A DNA stretch of 29,902 nucleotides, from positions 1 to 29,902 of IMG/VR virus record IMGVR_UViG_3300017540_000272. The stretch is one strand, 5' to 3'. The notes under the pieces are model-generated. The model ran no database searches. It saw only the letters and a list, made by a program, of their open reading frames with translations, and had not been told where the DNA came from. Shown in pieces: positions 13,830-23,800 of the stretch. Both the position numbers and the translations under genes were made by a program. How positions within the stretch are numbered: position 1 is the stretch's first letter; the number at the start of each line of letters is the position of its first letter. This stretch comes from a virus. Taxonomy: Duplodnaviria; Caudoviricetes.

Positions 13830-14880
13830 CCCGGACTTTGTGACGGTTGTTGCGTCGCAGTCGGTGTTGCAGGTGGAGTCGGCGTTGCGGGAGGTGCAGC
13901 GTGAGACCCGCCAGTTTCAGTTGCACGCGTTGCGCGAGCTCGGTGTGAATGTGCCCCAGCTTGGTCGACCTGTGGATGTGTACCCGCGTTCTGGGGTTGA
14001 CGCGTTGGACGTGTATCGGCGTCCGGCGCGTGAGGCGCAGGCGGTTCTGGATGCTGGCGGGTCGATAGATGAAGCCTGGGCGGCGTTCGAGAACCGGTTG
14101 AACGGGATCGTTGCGGCTGATCTTGCGATCGCCGAGCGTGACGAGCTTGATGTGATTCAGGAGCGTCTCGAGGAAGCTGACCTGGTTGATTGGTTGGATC
14201 CTGGCGACCCGATCCTTGACGAGCTCCCCGAACCGGACTCCGACGATGACTCGGATCTTCTGCCGTACGAGGACATGCTCGAGTTGTTGGGTCTCGATGA
14301 GGATCCGGATGTTGCTAAGTACACGGGCGACGGGAAGAAGGTTCTCGGGTTCAGGCGTGTGATCCGGCCGGAACTGTCGATGCATGGGTCGTGCGGCTTG
14401 TGCGTGGTGGCGGCGACGAACTGGTACACGTACGAGCGGTTGAAGCCAATTCATCACCTGTGTAAGTGCGTCACTGTCCCGGTCACGAAGGACGCGGATC
14501 CTGGGTTTCGTTGGAATCAGGAGGATCTTCGCCGGAATCTTGATGAGATTTATGGCGGCGCTGGCGGGTCCACGTACGGCAAGGATTTGAAGCGTGTTCG
14601 CGTGAAGATCAGCGAGCACGGCGAGCTTGGCCCGGTGCTGCAGTGGCGGGCGAAGAAGGGGTGGACGGAAGCGAACGCTCGCCCGCACACACCGAGGTAC
14701 ACGCGGCCAGACGCGTCCGTTCAACGGGAACGGCTGGAGCGGCGGCGTGACGAATATTTACAGACCATCGATAACTTGCGTTCTCGTCTCGATGCGGGTG
14801 CGGATCGCGGGGCTATCGAGCAGGCGATTTGGACCGTCGAGCAATCCATTCGGGATCTCGATGTGAAGCTCGCCCGGTAG
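13717..14880 (+). CDS. MuF-like head morphogenesis / capsid maturation protein
   Basis: GFRRVIRPELS..GSCGLC..IHHLCKC...P motif; positioned after the portal. Confidence 0.75.
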   Translation: MALTERAVQQHANRKVSIMERLILILLGLWRNYNRWNDPDFVTVVASQSVLQVESALREVQRETRQFQLHALRELGVNVPQLGRPVDVYPRSGVDALDVYRRPAREAQAVLDAGGSIDEAWAAFENRLNGIVAADLAIAERDELDVIQERLEEADLVDWLDPGDPILDELPEPDSDDDSDLLPYEDMLELLGLDEDPDVAKYTGDGKKVLGFRRVIRPELSMHGSCGLCVVAATNWYTYERLKPIHHLCKCVTVPVTKDADPGFRWNQEDLRRNLDEIYGGAGGSTYGKDLKRVRVKISEHGELGPVLQWRAKKGWTEANARPHTPRYTRPDASVQRERLERRRDEYLQTIDNLRSRLDAGADRGAIEQAIWTVEQSIRDLDVKLAR

Positions 14881-14928
14881 GCCATCCCGACATGGGGTGG
14901 CTTTTTTCATTCCTACGACATGTAAGGA
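14881..14928 (+). promoter_or_regulatory. Tandem C-GACAT-G loop hairpins before the scaffold gene; the first is terminator-like
   Basis: GCCATCCC-GACAT-GGGGTGGC-TTTTTT and TCCTAC-GACAT-GTAAGGA. Confidence 0.6.
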
Positions 14929-14938
14929 CTACTCACTC

Positions 14939-15613
14939 ATGTTTACCAAACGTTTCCGCCCCATGTTTCTGCGTTTCGTCACTGACGAGGACGAGCCTGG
15001 TGGTGGTGACCCGAAGGTCGACGAGAAGCCGAAGAACGATGATCTTGGGTTTCCGGCGAACACTCCTGTCAAGGAGATGACGCCCGAGCAGCAGGCCGCG
15101 TATTGGAAAGATAAGGCTCGCAAGCACGAGAAGCGTGCGAAGCCTGAGTCGTTCGATGCGGATATGGCAGAGCTCGAGGCGTTCCGTGCGGAGAAGCGTG
15201 CCGCTGAGGATGCTGCGAAACCGCCTGAGCAGAAGGACCTTGAGCAGCAGATCGCTGCCGCGGTCGCGAAGGCGGAACAGGATGCTCTGGCGAAGGTTTT
15301 GCCGTCTCTGGTTCGTGCGGAGTTCGCCCGCCGGCTCCCCCATCTTGACGATGAGGGACTCGATGAACTCATGTCGGATCTTCCGGCGCTCGAGTCATAC
15401 ACGAAGGACGGGAAGGTCGACGTTGAGCGAGTGGAACGCATGGCGAAGCGGCTTGCGCCAAGAGAAGACGAGGGGGACGACAAGTCCAACCAGCAGTGGA
15501 ACCTTGGGCACATTCTGAGTCAAACGCAGCCGCTCAAGAAGGGCATGAACGAGTCCATGGCTGAGGCCGAGGCTCGCACCCTTGCCAAGTACCAACAGCC
15601 CAAAAGTAAGTAG
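14939..15613 (+). CDS. Head scaffolding protein
   Basis: GFPANTPVKEMTPEQQAAYWK.KARKHE.R and coiled-coil character; lies before the capsid genes. Confidence 0.85.
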   Translation: MFTKRFRPMFLRFVTDEDEPGGGDPKVDEKPKNDDLGFPANTPVKEMTPEQQAAYWKDKARKHEKRAKPESFDADMAELEAFRAEKRAAEDAAKPPEQKDLEQQIAAAVAKAEQDALAKVLPSLVRAEFARRLPHLDDEGLDELMSDLPALESYTKDGKVDVERVERMAKRLAPREDEGDDKSNQQWNLGHILSQTQPLKKGMNESMAEAEARTLAKYQQPKSK

Positions 15614-15630
15614 ACCAAGGAGGCTACATC

Positions 15631-16101
15631 ATGGCTGATTTTGCTATCACTAGCACGCATGTCGACAACCCGGTCGACACTCGCTGGCGTGCATCTCATC
15701 ACGGGCAGACCACTGCCCAGCCTGGCACTCTCGATCTCACTGAGTTCGTTGAGGGTGTCCACTACAACATTGGTGGGCGCACTGACTTCGTGATTCCTTC
15801 GGGTGTCGCGGTGCAGCTCGACAAGGATTCCGGCATGTATGTGCCGTGGGTTCCTGGCACCCCCGCCGAGGGTGACGAAGGCGAACCTGGCTACAAGCCG
15901 GCCGTCGAGGCGGAGCCTGTTGCTGGGTTCATTAATGACAACGAGGGTGTCGAGATCAAGCGTGCTGATGGCACGGTCTCGGAGACCTCGCCGTTCGCGC
16001 GTCTCCTCCACGGTTTCGTGGATGTCGCGTTCCTGCCCGTCGCGACCCAGGCTGCAGCGCTCAAGGGTGCCCCGCACGCCGTTCAGGTTTCTTACCTCTA
16101 A
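15631..16101 (+). CDS. Capsid decoration / minor capsid protein
   Basis: Between scaffold and MCP; IPSG..G.Y.P..GF..LLHG.V...LP. Confidence 0.75.
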   Translation: MADFAITSTHVDNPVDTRWRASHHGQTTAQPGTLDLTEFVEGVHYNIGGRTDFVIPSGVAVQLDKDSGMYVPWVPGTPAEGDEGEPGYKPAVEAEPVAGFINDNEGVEIKRADGTVSETSPFARLLHGFVDVAFLPVATQAAALKGAPHAVQVSYL

Positions 16102-16110
16102 GGAGTAATC

Positions 16111-17136
16111 ATGGCTTTCGATAAGCAGTACAAGACTCCGTCCGCGCTTTCGGGTGTCGCTCGCGGCGCTTTCAGTGGCGTGTACGGGGCATCGATTGTG
16201 TCCACCTACCTGCCGGCGGTAGCGAACCCGAAGCTCACGTACGACTTCGACGTGAACTCGGTTGCGCTCACTCAGGCAGCGCGTTTCCGCTCGTGGAACA
16301 CCGAGTCTGATCAGACCATCTCGCATGGTCGCGAGTCGCGCGCCGGTAAGCTCGCGCCGATCTCTCGCCGCTACAACGTGGACGAGTACCAGCATCTTCA
16401 GATGTTCGGTGGCGACCTTGGTGCGGAGTTCGAGAAGAAGGCTCAGCAGATCGCGGCCGAGATCGCGATGCGTTTCGTGCTCGCGGGCGCGGAGGCGATC
16501 GAGACTGGCAAGGTCACGATCGAGGAGCGTGATCTCTCGTTCGAGCTCGACTATGGGCGCAAGCCGGAACTGACTGATACCGCGTCGACGGTATGGTCGA
16601 ACCCTGCCGCTGACGTGATCGGTGACCTTGAGGCTCTCCGTGACGCGTATGGCGAGAACCCTGGCACGATCATCGTTCCTCAGGCTGTGATCGCGGCGCT
16701 CTCGAAGAACACCGGAATCATCAAGTTTGCTGTTCAGCGAGGCACTGACCTTCCGAACCAGGTGTCCTACGACGATGTTCGTCGCGTGCTCGCGAACTTC
16801 AACTTCGTGTACCCGACGACGAACGATGAGCGCCTGATCGACCCGGCTGGTAACGAGCGTGCCCTGTTCTCTGATGACAAGGTGCTGTTCCTCCCGCAGA
16901 CCAGTGGTCTAGCTTCGGCGGTTGCGACCGCTTCGGGGTCGGGCCCGCTCGGCAACCTGTCGCTCGGCATCACGTCTGAGGCGATGGAGCCGGAGAACGG
17001 TCTTGGCCGTGTCGCTGGCGTTGTGTCTGGCGCGTACAAGACGGAGGATCCGAACGGGTTCGATGTTCTCGTTTCGGCGATCGGCATTCCGGCTGTGACT
17101 GCCGCTAACCGCACCGCCTCGCTCGAGGTTCTGTAA
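16111..17136 (+). CDS. Major capsid protein (HK97 fold, capsid E-like)
   Basis: 341 aa with a strong SD; A.FRSW..E, G.L.PIS, DYG, WS...D...DL. Confidence 0.9.
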   Translation: MAFDKQYKTPSALSGVARGAFSGVYGASIVSTYLPAVANPKLTYDFDVNSVALTQAARFRSWNTESDQTISHGRESRAGKLAPISRRYNVDEYQHLQMFGGDLGAEFEKKAQQIAAEIAMRFVLAGAEAIETGKVTIEERDLSFELDYGRKPELTDTASTVWSNPAADVIGDLEALRDAYGENPGTIIVPQAVIAALSKNTGIIKFAVQRGTDLPNQVSYDDVRRVLANFNFVYPTTNDERLIDPAGNERALFSDDKVLFLPQTSGLASAVATASGSGPLGNLSLGITSEAMEPENGLGRVAGVVSGAYKTEDPNGFDVLVSAIGIPAVTAANRTASLEVL

Positions 17137-17202
17137 CCATTCCCGGCTGGCGGGGTCGACGCTCCGGTGTCGGCCCCGTCCGCTGTTCCATAGGAGGAAC
17201 TG

Positions 17203-17634
17203 ATGAAGGTCCGCAAGACCGTGAACATTATGAACCCGCTGTTTCAGCGTGTCACTCTTCGCCCCGGCGATGAGATCCCTGAATGGGCGGTCGGCATGAT
17301 CACCAACCCGAAACTGATCGAGCCGGAGACAACCGTCAGCGTGGAGTCCGTCACCGTTGAGTCGAGTGGTGACGACACTCGGCCAGTCGACTACGCGGGC
17401 ATGCGCAAGGGTGAACTGCAGGAACTGTGTCGAGCTCGCGGTCTTGACGACCAAGGCAAGGTTGACGAGCTGAGGGCCCGCCTGCATGCCGACGATCTCA
17501 AAGACATCGACGCTGACGTTTGGTCGATGGATGTTGCTGAGCTGCGTGAGCTTGCTGCAGCGAAGGGCATCGACGTTGGTGAGGCCTCAACGACTGCCGA
17601 GCTGGCTGCAGCGATCGAGCAAGCAACCAAGTAG
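17203..17634 (+). CDS. Protein with SAP-like and HeH/Rho-N-like nucleic-acid-binding motifs
   Basis: MRKGELQELCRARGL...G.VDELRARL and MDVAELRELAAAKGID....AELAAAI. Confidence 0.7.
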   Translation: MKVRKTVNIMNPLFQRVTLRPGDEIPEWAVGMITNPKLIEPETTVSVESVTVESSGDDTRPVDYAGMRKGELQELCRARGLDDQGKVDELRARLHADDLKDIDADVWSMDVAELRELAAAKGIDVGEASTTAELAAAIEQATK

Positions 17635-17645
17635 AGGGGGCTGTT

Positions 17646-18038
17646 ATGGCCGTCACGCTTCCCACGGTCGACTACCAGTATGTGGTCGACTCTTACGAGG
17701 GTGACCCGGAGGATCTGGGCTCGAAGACGTATATCGAGAAGATGATCCGCAAGTCGATCGGTCGTTTGTCGTCTCGGTTCGGCACTCGGATTGCTCGCCG
17801 CCTGCAGTCGGGTGCGTTGGACGAGGACACGTTCAAGGACACGGTTGCTGAGGCGGTGCTTCGTATTGCCCGTAACCCTGACGGGTTTCGGCAGGAGCAG
17901 CAAGGCAATTACATGTACCAGTTGAACTCGGCGGTTGCCGCAGGTTACCTGTGGTTCACGAAGGACAACATGCTTGACCTGTTGGGTGAGTCTTCGGCAC
18001 CGATTGGGACGGCGACGATCGGGATTCACGGGAGGTAG
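17646..18038 (+). CDS. Head-to-tail adaptor
   Basis: V.R..RNPDG.RQE..GNY.Y..GYLWFT motif and gene position. Confidence 0.8.
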   Translation: MAVTLPTVDYQYVVDSYEGDPEDLGSKTYIEKMIRKSIGRLSSRFGTRIARRLQSGALDEDTFKDTVAEAVLRIARNPDGFRQEQQGNYMYQLNSAVAAGYLWFTKDNMLDLLGESSAPIGTATIGIHGR

Positions 18039-18040
18039 TC

Positions 18041-18424
18041 ATGCCTTCTATCCGTGGGCGTGGCCCGCATACGGTGATCGTTCAGAACCGCGTGAAGAGC
18101 CGAGTGAACGGGATTGCTGCCTATGTTCCTGACGGTGACCCGATCACCTTGCCGAATGTTCATGTGCAGTCGGTTCGCGAGTGGGCTTCTGCTGAGGAGT
18201 ATTACGAGGAGGGGTTGCGGCTTCTGTCGATGAACCGCATCTTCGCTCGCGAGTGGCCCGGCAACGTTGATTCGCTCGTGTATTTCAACGGCGGTGAGTA
18301 CGAGACAGTCGGAACGCCGCAGCACATGGACGGGTCGAAGCGCACGCATCATTGGGTGGTCACGATCAAGTGGTTGGGCGATAAGCCCGCCCCCGCAGGG
18401 CCGGAGGTGGTCTCTGATGATTGA
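18041..18424 (+). CDS. Head-to-tail stopper
   Basis: Gene position; WPG..S..G..YE.VG.P..S.RT.H. Confidence 0.75.
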   Translation: MPSIRGRGPHTVIVQNRVKSRVNGIAAYVPDGDPITLPNVHVQSVREWASAEEYYEEGLRLLSMNRIFAREWPGNVDSLVYFNGGEYETVGTPQHMDGSKRTHHWVVTIKWLGDKPAPAGPEVVSDD

Positions 18425-18782
18425 CGTGAAGATCGACGTGCTCGCCCATATGGAGCCGTCGAAGATTGTCGGCACTTCGGTGTACATGGACAGGGCCGCG
18501 CAGCGGGTGAAGGATCGCGTTATTGCGAACGCGCTCACGCATCGTGATACGGGCGCGTTCATCAATTCGCTGAAGATCAAGCGTGTTCGTGGACGTTCTG
18601 GTCGGGGTAAGCAGATCACCGACCGGCTTGTGTACTCGGATGATCCTGGCGCTATGGCGATCGAGTACGGTCGCACTCCCCCAGGCGGGTCGAGGCAGCG
18701 TCCTGTTGGTGGGCAGCATAACTTCACTGAGGCGCTCGTACATTTCCGGCTCACGAGACAGTCCGGGGAGGATGACGATTGA
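18417..18782 (+). CDS. Neck protein (HK97 gp10/DUF5403-like)
   Basis: H.DTG.F..S..D.LVYSDDP.A.AIEYG; GGAGG SD before ATG 18417. Confidence 0.7.
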   Translation: MIDVKIDVLAHMEPSKIVGTSVYMDRAAQRVKDRVIANALTHRDTGAFINSLKIKRVRGRSGRGKQITDRLVYSDDPGAMAIEYGRTPPGGSRQRPVGGQHNFTEALVHFRLTRQSGEDDD

Positions 18783-19198
18783 AGCCTCACTACCCGAACA
18801 TGCACCGGTTGTTTCAGACGATCCTCACGGAAGACGCTTACCCCGGTAGCGCCGTCTCTGCGGATCTCGACGGCGACGACTATGACACGATCCCGCTGGT
18901 GACGTGGCGCGCCATGAATGACGGGCAGGTCGACCACGGGAAGTGGAACGTGCTGCTGATCGTTCACGTGCTCATCGACTTGGCCGAGTCCGACATGGAT
19001 GCGGTGCTGAGTCATGTGTATGCGCAGATTCAGTCGTGGAACAAGCCCGGCAGGGGCGTTCTCGCCGATGAGAAGTATGGCGTCCTGTCTGTCGAAGATA
19101 GCGCCGTATTCAACCTGGTCAACCAGTCGATGCTTAACGGCAAGCAGGTTGCTCAGTTCACTTCCCAGTTCCGAATCATTGTTCAGGACTGGTCTTAG
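18779..19198 (+). CDS. Tail terminator
   Basis: Size and position immediately before the major tail gene. Confidence 0.65.
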   Translation: MKPHYPNMHRLFQTILTEDAYPGSAVSADLDGDDYDTIPLVTWRAMNDGQVDHGKWNVLLIVHVLIDLAESDMDAVLSHVYAQIQSWNKPGRGVLADEKYGVLSVEDSAVFNLVNQSMLNGKQVAQFTSQFRIIVQDWS

Positions 19199-19221
19199 TT
19201 CCCCTACCGATTTCTTCCCTT

Positions 19222-19250
19222 GAAAGCCCGCCCTTACCGGCGGGCTTTTC
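19222..19250 (+). terminator. Terminator-like hairpin before the major tail gene
   Basis: GAAAGCCCGCC/GGCGGGCTTTT. Confidence 0.6.
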
Positions 19251-19272
19251 GTATTTCTAAGGAGTTTTTCTC

Positions 19273-19893
19273 ATGGCTGTTGACGCTACCAAGCTCATCA
19301 TCCCTGGCCACGGCACGGTGTTTCAGTCGGCCGCGAATGCGGCACTTCCGAGCAATCCGCTGGACGCCTTCTCGCTGACTATTGACGGGCCGGTCGGTTG
19401 GTCCAATCTGGGCCACACTTCGAAGGCGAACACGATCGCGTTCACCAAGGAGGGTGGCGAGGCCACCCAGATCGACACGTTCCTGGCTGATGCTGTGCGT
19501 GTGATCAACGCTTCGAACCAGTGGTCGGTCACGATTCCTGCGCTGCAGTTCGACGAGGACGTTCTCGACCTCGCGTTCAACGGTGATTGGGATCCGGAGA
19601 CGAACGGGTACATCATTCCTGGTTCGGCTTCTGCCGTGGAGGCTGGCCTGTTCATTCTGCTCGAGGACAACACGGGCAAGCTCGGGTTCTGGCTTCCGAA
19701 CACGTCGGTGACGCTTGGCGAGGCTCCGTCGATCGATACAGAGAACTTCCTTGAGCTTCCGCTCACTGCGTCGATTCTTTCGGCCTCGTCCGACGTGATG
19801 CCTGCAGCTAACGGCAAGGCCGGCATCATGCAGCTTTTCAAGACTGGCCTGTCTCGCCCCGGTAGCGGCGGCGGTACTGGCGGCGACGACTAA
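19273..19893 (+). CDS. Major tail protein
   Basis: IPG.GTVF..W.NLGHTS..EGGE, typical of actinophage tail tube proteins. Confidence 0.85.
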   Translation: MAVDATKLIIPGHGTVFQSAANAALPSNPLDAFSLTIDGPVGWSNLGHTSKANTIAFTKEGGEATQIDTFLADAVRVINASNQWSVTIPALQFDEDVLDLAFNGDWDPETNGYIIPGSASAVEAGLFILLEDNTGKLGFWLPNTSVTLGEAPSIDTENFLELPLTASILSASSDVMPAANGKAGIMQLFKTGLSRPGSGGGTGGDD

Positions 19894-19995
19894 TCCCGTC
19901 TCTCTACTCCCCTGGCGCGTCTCGTGCGGGCCACGCGCCAGGGGCTCCCCCTGTGGCCCGCACCCCTGTTGGTTTATCAATGAAAGGCCCGCACT

Positions 19996-20409
19996 ATGGC
20001 TACGAAGAAGACCGAAGAAGAAGTCGAACCGGTTGAGCTTTCCGCTGAGGAGGTTCGCGAAGCGGAAATCGAAGAAGAGGATCTGCTTGCGGATCTGCCC
20101 CCGATGCGAAAGCCGGAACGTTTACGCATCCGGCAGAAGAACGCGCTGAAGACGATCGGCATCCGCCATTCGAAGCACCTGCAGGCGCTTCGCGACGCGA
20201 TCGAGAACGACACCGACATCCCTGAAGAGGCTGCTATTGGTTTGCTGGATCTCGCCGCTGACGTGGACGAGTTCGGTGAGTCGATCGCGCTCGACAAGGC
20301 GGCGTACGAGCGCTGGTCGGAGAAGAACGCCGACAACATCGACGTGTTCGTCGCTCTTCTGAACCGTTACATGAGCGCCGTGGGGGAATCGAACGGCTCT
20401 ACGAGCTAA
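19996..20409 (+). CDS. Tail assembly chaperone (short product)
   Basis: Between the major tail and tape measure genes; ends ..AVGES at the slippery site. Confidence 0.85.
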   Translation: MATKKTEEEVEPVELSAEEVREAEIEEEDLLADLPPMRKPERLRIRQKNALKTIGIRHSKHLQALRDAIENDTDIPEEAAIGLLDLAADVDEFGESIALDKAAYERWSEKNADNIDVFVALLNRYMSAVGESNGSTS

Positions 20410-20816
20410 TTGACGAGTTCGATCACCACCCCGAACTTCCGGGGTCGCTGAGTGCTGACCTTGCCGAGTTCTACAGCGGACTCACGTTAGAGGACGTGTG
20501 GGCGGGCAGGGTCAGCACCAGGCGCGTACTCGTGCTTGTGGAGCATTTGCTACTCAACCCCCGGTCCAGGTGTCGCGCGATCCGTTACGACGGTGATCTG
20601 CGGTGGATCGGTTGGGATTACACATCTGAGGCGATGGCCTCACTTTTTGATCTCGTTGCCGCGATGGCGGCGGGAGAGAAGTTCACGGACGAGTTCCGGT
20701 TCGCACGTCCGGGCGGGCGCTCCACGCCCGTCACAGATTCACCTCCCGAGGACTTGGTCGCGCCGACGATCGCGGACTTCAACACTGGCGCTTTCATGAG
20801 CCAAGTCTCGGGGTAG
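19996..20816 (+). CDS. Tail assembly chaperone, -1 frameshift product
   Basis: Slippery GGGGGAA at 20382-20388; the -1 frame is open and continuous with track ORF 20496..20816. Confidence 0.8.
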
Positions 20817-20831
20817 CGGCAGGAGGCTTGC

Positions 20832-23800
20832 ATGGCAACGCACGAGATCGGTTCCGTCGGCGTACGAGTACTCCCGAATACCCGAGGCTTCGCCCGGAAG
20901 GTGCGGGAGGATCTGCAACGGATCAAGAACATCGACGTTTACGTCAATGTGATTCCGCGATTGAAGCGGCGTGCGATCCGCAACCAGTTGCAGGACCAAC
21001 TTGACGAACTGAAGGATCTTCGGATCAACGTTGATGCTGTCGCGAATCTTCGGCAGATCCGTCAACAGGCGAAGAAGATCGAGCAGGTTGTTGACGATGT
21101 CGATGTTGTGCTTCTGCCGCAGTTCGACAAGAACCGTTTCTTGCGGGTCAACAACGAACTGAGCGACCTGATTCGCGATGTCGAAGTGAATATCGACCTT
21201 GACAAGGATTCGGGGCGCGCGGTGCGTCAAATGCTCAACGAGATTGAGCGGGAGATGCACGACCTGAATCAGATGTCGTTGTTCGAGAACCTCGACGACC
21301 GCGAACTGATGTGGATTCACCGGCGCATGGACGACGCCGTGGAGTCTGCCCGCCACCTGAAGCACCAGATCGAGCTTGCGACTCACCAGGCATCTCGCCT
21401 GGATGAGCAGCTCGACGATGTTGCGAAGGATCGTGAGGCCCGGATCGACGCGAACCCGATGACGGCTTGGGCGTCCGCGCGGCTCGCGTGGCTGACGCGC
21501 GCCCGGATCGTGGACATCATTCCTCGGGTGTCGCGGGCGGCGATCACGAAGACCTTGACCGCGCTTGCTGCACTGTCCGGTGCTCGGCTCACCTGGACCT
21601 ACATCGACCGTTTCCAGCGGTGGATGGGTGAGCTCGACAAGAACCTCCCCCGAATCACGTTCGGGGTGACGGGTTTGACGACCGCGTTCTCTGGCCTGAT
21701 GGGTTCGATATCGGGGCTTGTTGGGATCGGTGATGGGCTCGCGGCGACTCTACCGTCGCTGCTGCTGCTTCCGGGCTTGATGGCTGGCGCGGTGGTGTCG
21801 ATCGTTGCGATCGCGGTCGCGTTGAAGGACGCGAAGACTGAGCTCGCCGAGTTAGGTGATTCGTACCGGAATCTCGGGAAGATCATCAAGGAGAACTTCT
21901 GGCGAGAGGCACGCCAACCAATCATCAGCCTGTCTCGATCGGTGATGCCGCAGTTGGAGCGTTCGTTCCAGAGGACTTCGGCGGCGATCGGCCGGTTCAC
22001 GGCACGTATCGCGACCTCGTTCGAACGGGAGTTCGCGGGCGGTCGTCTCGAGAAGATGTTCGACGGTCTCGCCGCGGCGTGGGACGTGCTGTCCACTGGG
22101 ACGGACGCGTTCGCTGGCGCGATCACGAACCTTGGGCTGGTGGCTGCGAAGTACATGCCTGGGCTGGCGCAGTGGTTCGTTGACTTGTCGATCACGTTCG
22201 ACAACTGGTTGTCTGACGTGTCGACCGACGGCCGACTGGATCAGTGGCTCATGGAGGCCAAGGAAGCGTTCTACGACATTTGGGACGTGATGGCAGCCAC
22301 GCAAGGCATCTTTGCTGGCTTGTGGAGGGCCGCTGAGGCTGGTGGTTCCGGTGGGTTGTCTGGGTTCGCGGACATGCTGCTCGAGTGGGAGCGTGCCGTG
22401 AACGGTGCGAAGTGGCAGCGGACATTGACGGCGATGTTCCGTGGCGCTGGCCGCGCGTTGAGCGGGTTCAACGTCGGGTTGAAGGCGTTCGGCAACATGC
22501 TGGATGAGAATCGACGCGAGATCGAGTACTTCATGGGCACCGCTGGTGTCGCCTTGGGGTCGTTCTTTGCGGCCATCGCGGAGGCGCTCGAGCAGCCGGC
22601 CGTGAAGCGTGGCCTGGCTGATCTGATCGACGGCCTCGCTGACGGGCTGAAGTCGCTAGAACCCGCGCTCGGTCCGCTCGGTGAAGCGTTCGGCACGCTG
22701 CTGTCCTTCATGGGTGAGCTGGCTCGAGTAGTCGGCCCGGTGCTGTCGGAAGCGCTACAGGTGCTGGCCCCGTTGCTCGTCGACGTGCTAGAGGCGCTGA
22801 CTCCTCTGCTACCGCAGTTGGGCGAGGCGTTTATCACCGCGATAGAGGAGCTCACTCCGTACCTGGAGGACTTCGTTCAGTGGTTCATAGACGCTTTGCC
22901 GTCCATCGTGGATTTCGGCGAGAAGGTGCTCGAGAACGCGCCGACGATTGTTTTGCTCGCGGGCGCGTTCATGCTTGCGCTGAACGCCGCTAAGTGGCTG
23001 TTTGGTGCGGCGAAGAGTGTATTCGACTTGTTCGAGAAGCATGGTGGCAGGTTCAGTGACTTCTCGGGGAAGGTCGGTGGTCTCGCGGGAGCTTTGGCGC
23101 GGGTAGCGGGTATTGCTGGTGCTGTCATTTGGGCGATCGTGAACATGTGGCAGAACAGTGAACGGTTCCGTGATTCCGTCGGCCGGCTGTTCGGGAAGCT
23201 TGGCGAGCTCATTGGGAAGCTTGGTGAGCTTGGTGGCGCGTTTCTTGGCCTGAATGGGGACTCCGAGTCGACTGCGAAGCTTTGGAAGTTCATGGGCGAC
23301 AGTATCTCGTTCGTCCTGGACGGCATCACCACTGGGATCGGTTTCGTGATCCCGCTCATTGAGAGTTTCACGACGTATCTGGGCAGCATGGCCGAGGGGG
23401 TCGGGAAGCTGTTCACTGGGGATTTCGGTGGCGCGTTCGAGGCGTTCGAGAGTGCGGGCCGAAAGTCTGCTGATGCTCTTGCGAACGGAATGAAGTCCGC
23501 ATGGTCTGAAGCTGGGGCTCTCGCACTGGACACTCTTGGCATGCAGGAGAAGCTGGGTCTTTCTGACGCTGAGATGCGTGAGGTTGGCCGGAGTGTGGGC
23601 ATCTCGATCTCCGATGGTACGGAGGAGGGTGCGACTTCCGCGTTTGATCCGTCCGTCTATGCCGCTCTGGGTGGTCAAGCGGGCCAGGGGTTCTACTTTG
23701 GTGCTGGTGCGGCTGACCCCTCACTGTCGCCTTGGATTGCCGCTCCGGGGTTGAACGCTGAACCGTTCAGCCTTTCTGGTGTGGCTGCGGCGGATGCGTT

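Noticed and set aside
20382-20388. Tail chaperone -1 frameshift as a novelty
   Set aside because: Real, but a well-known siphovirus feature; listed as a feature only.
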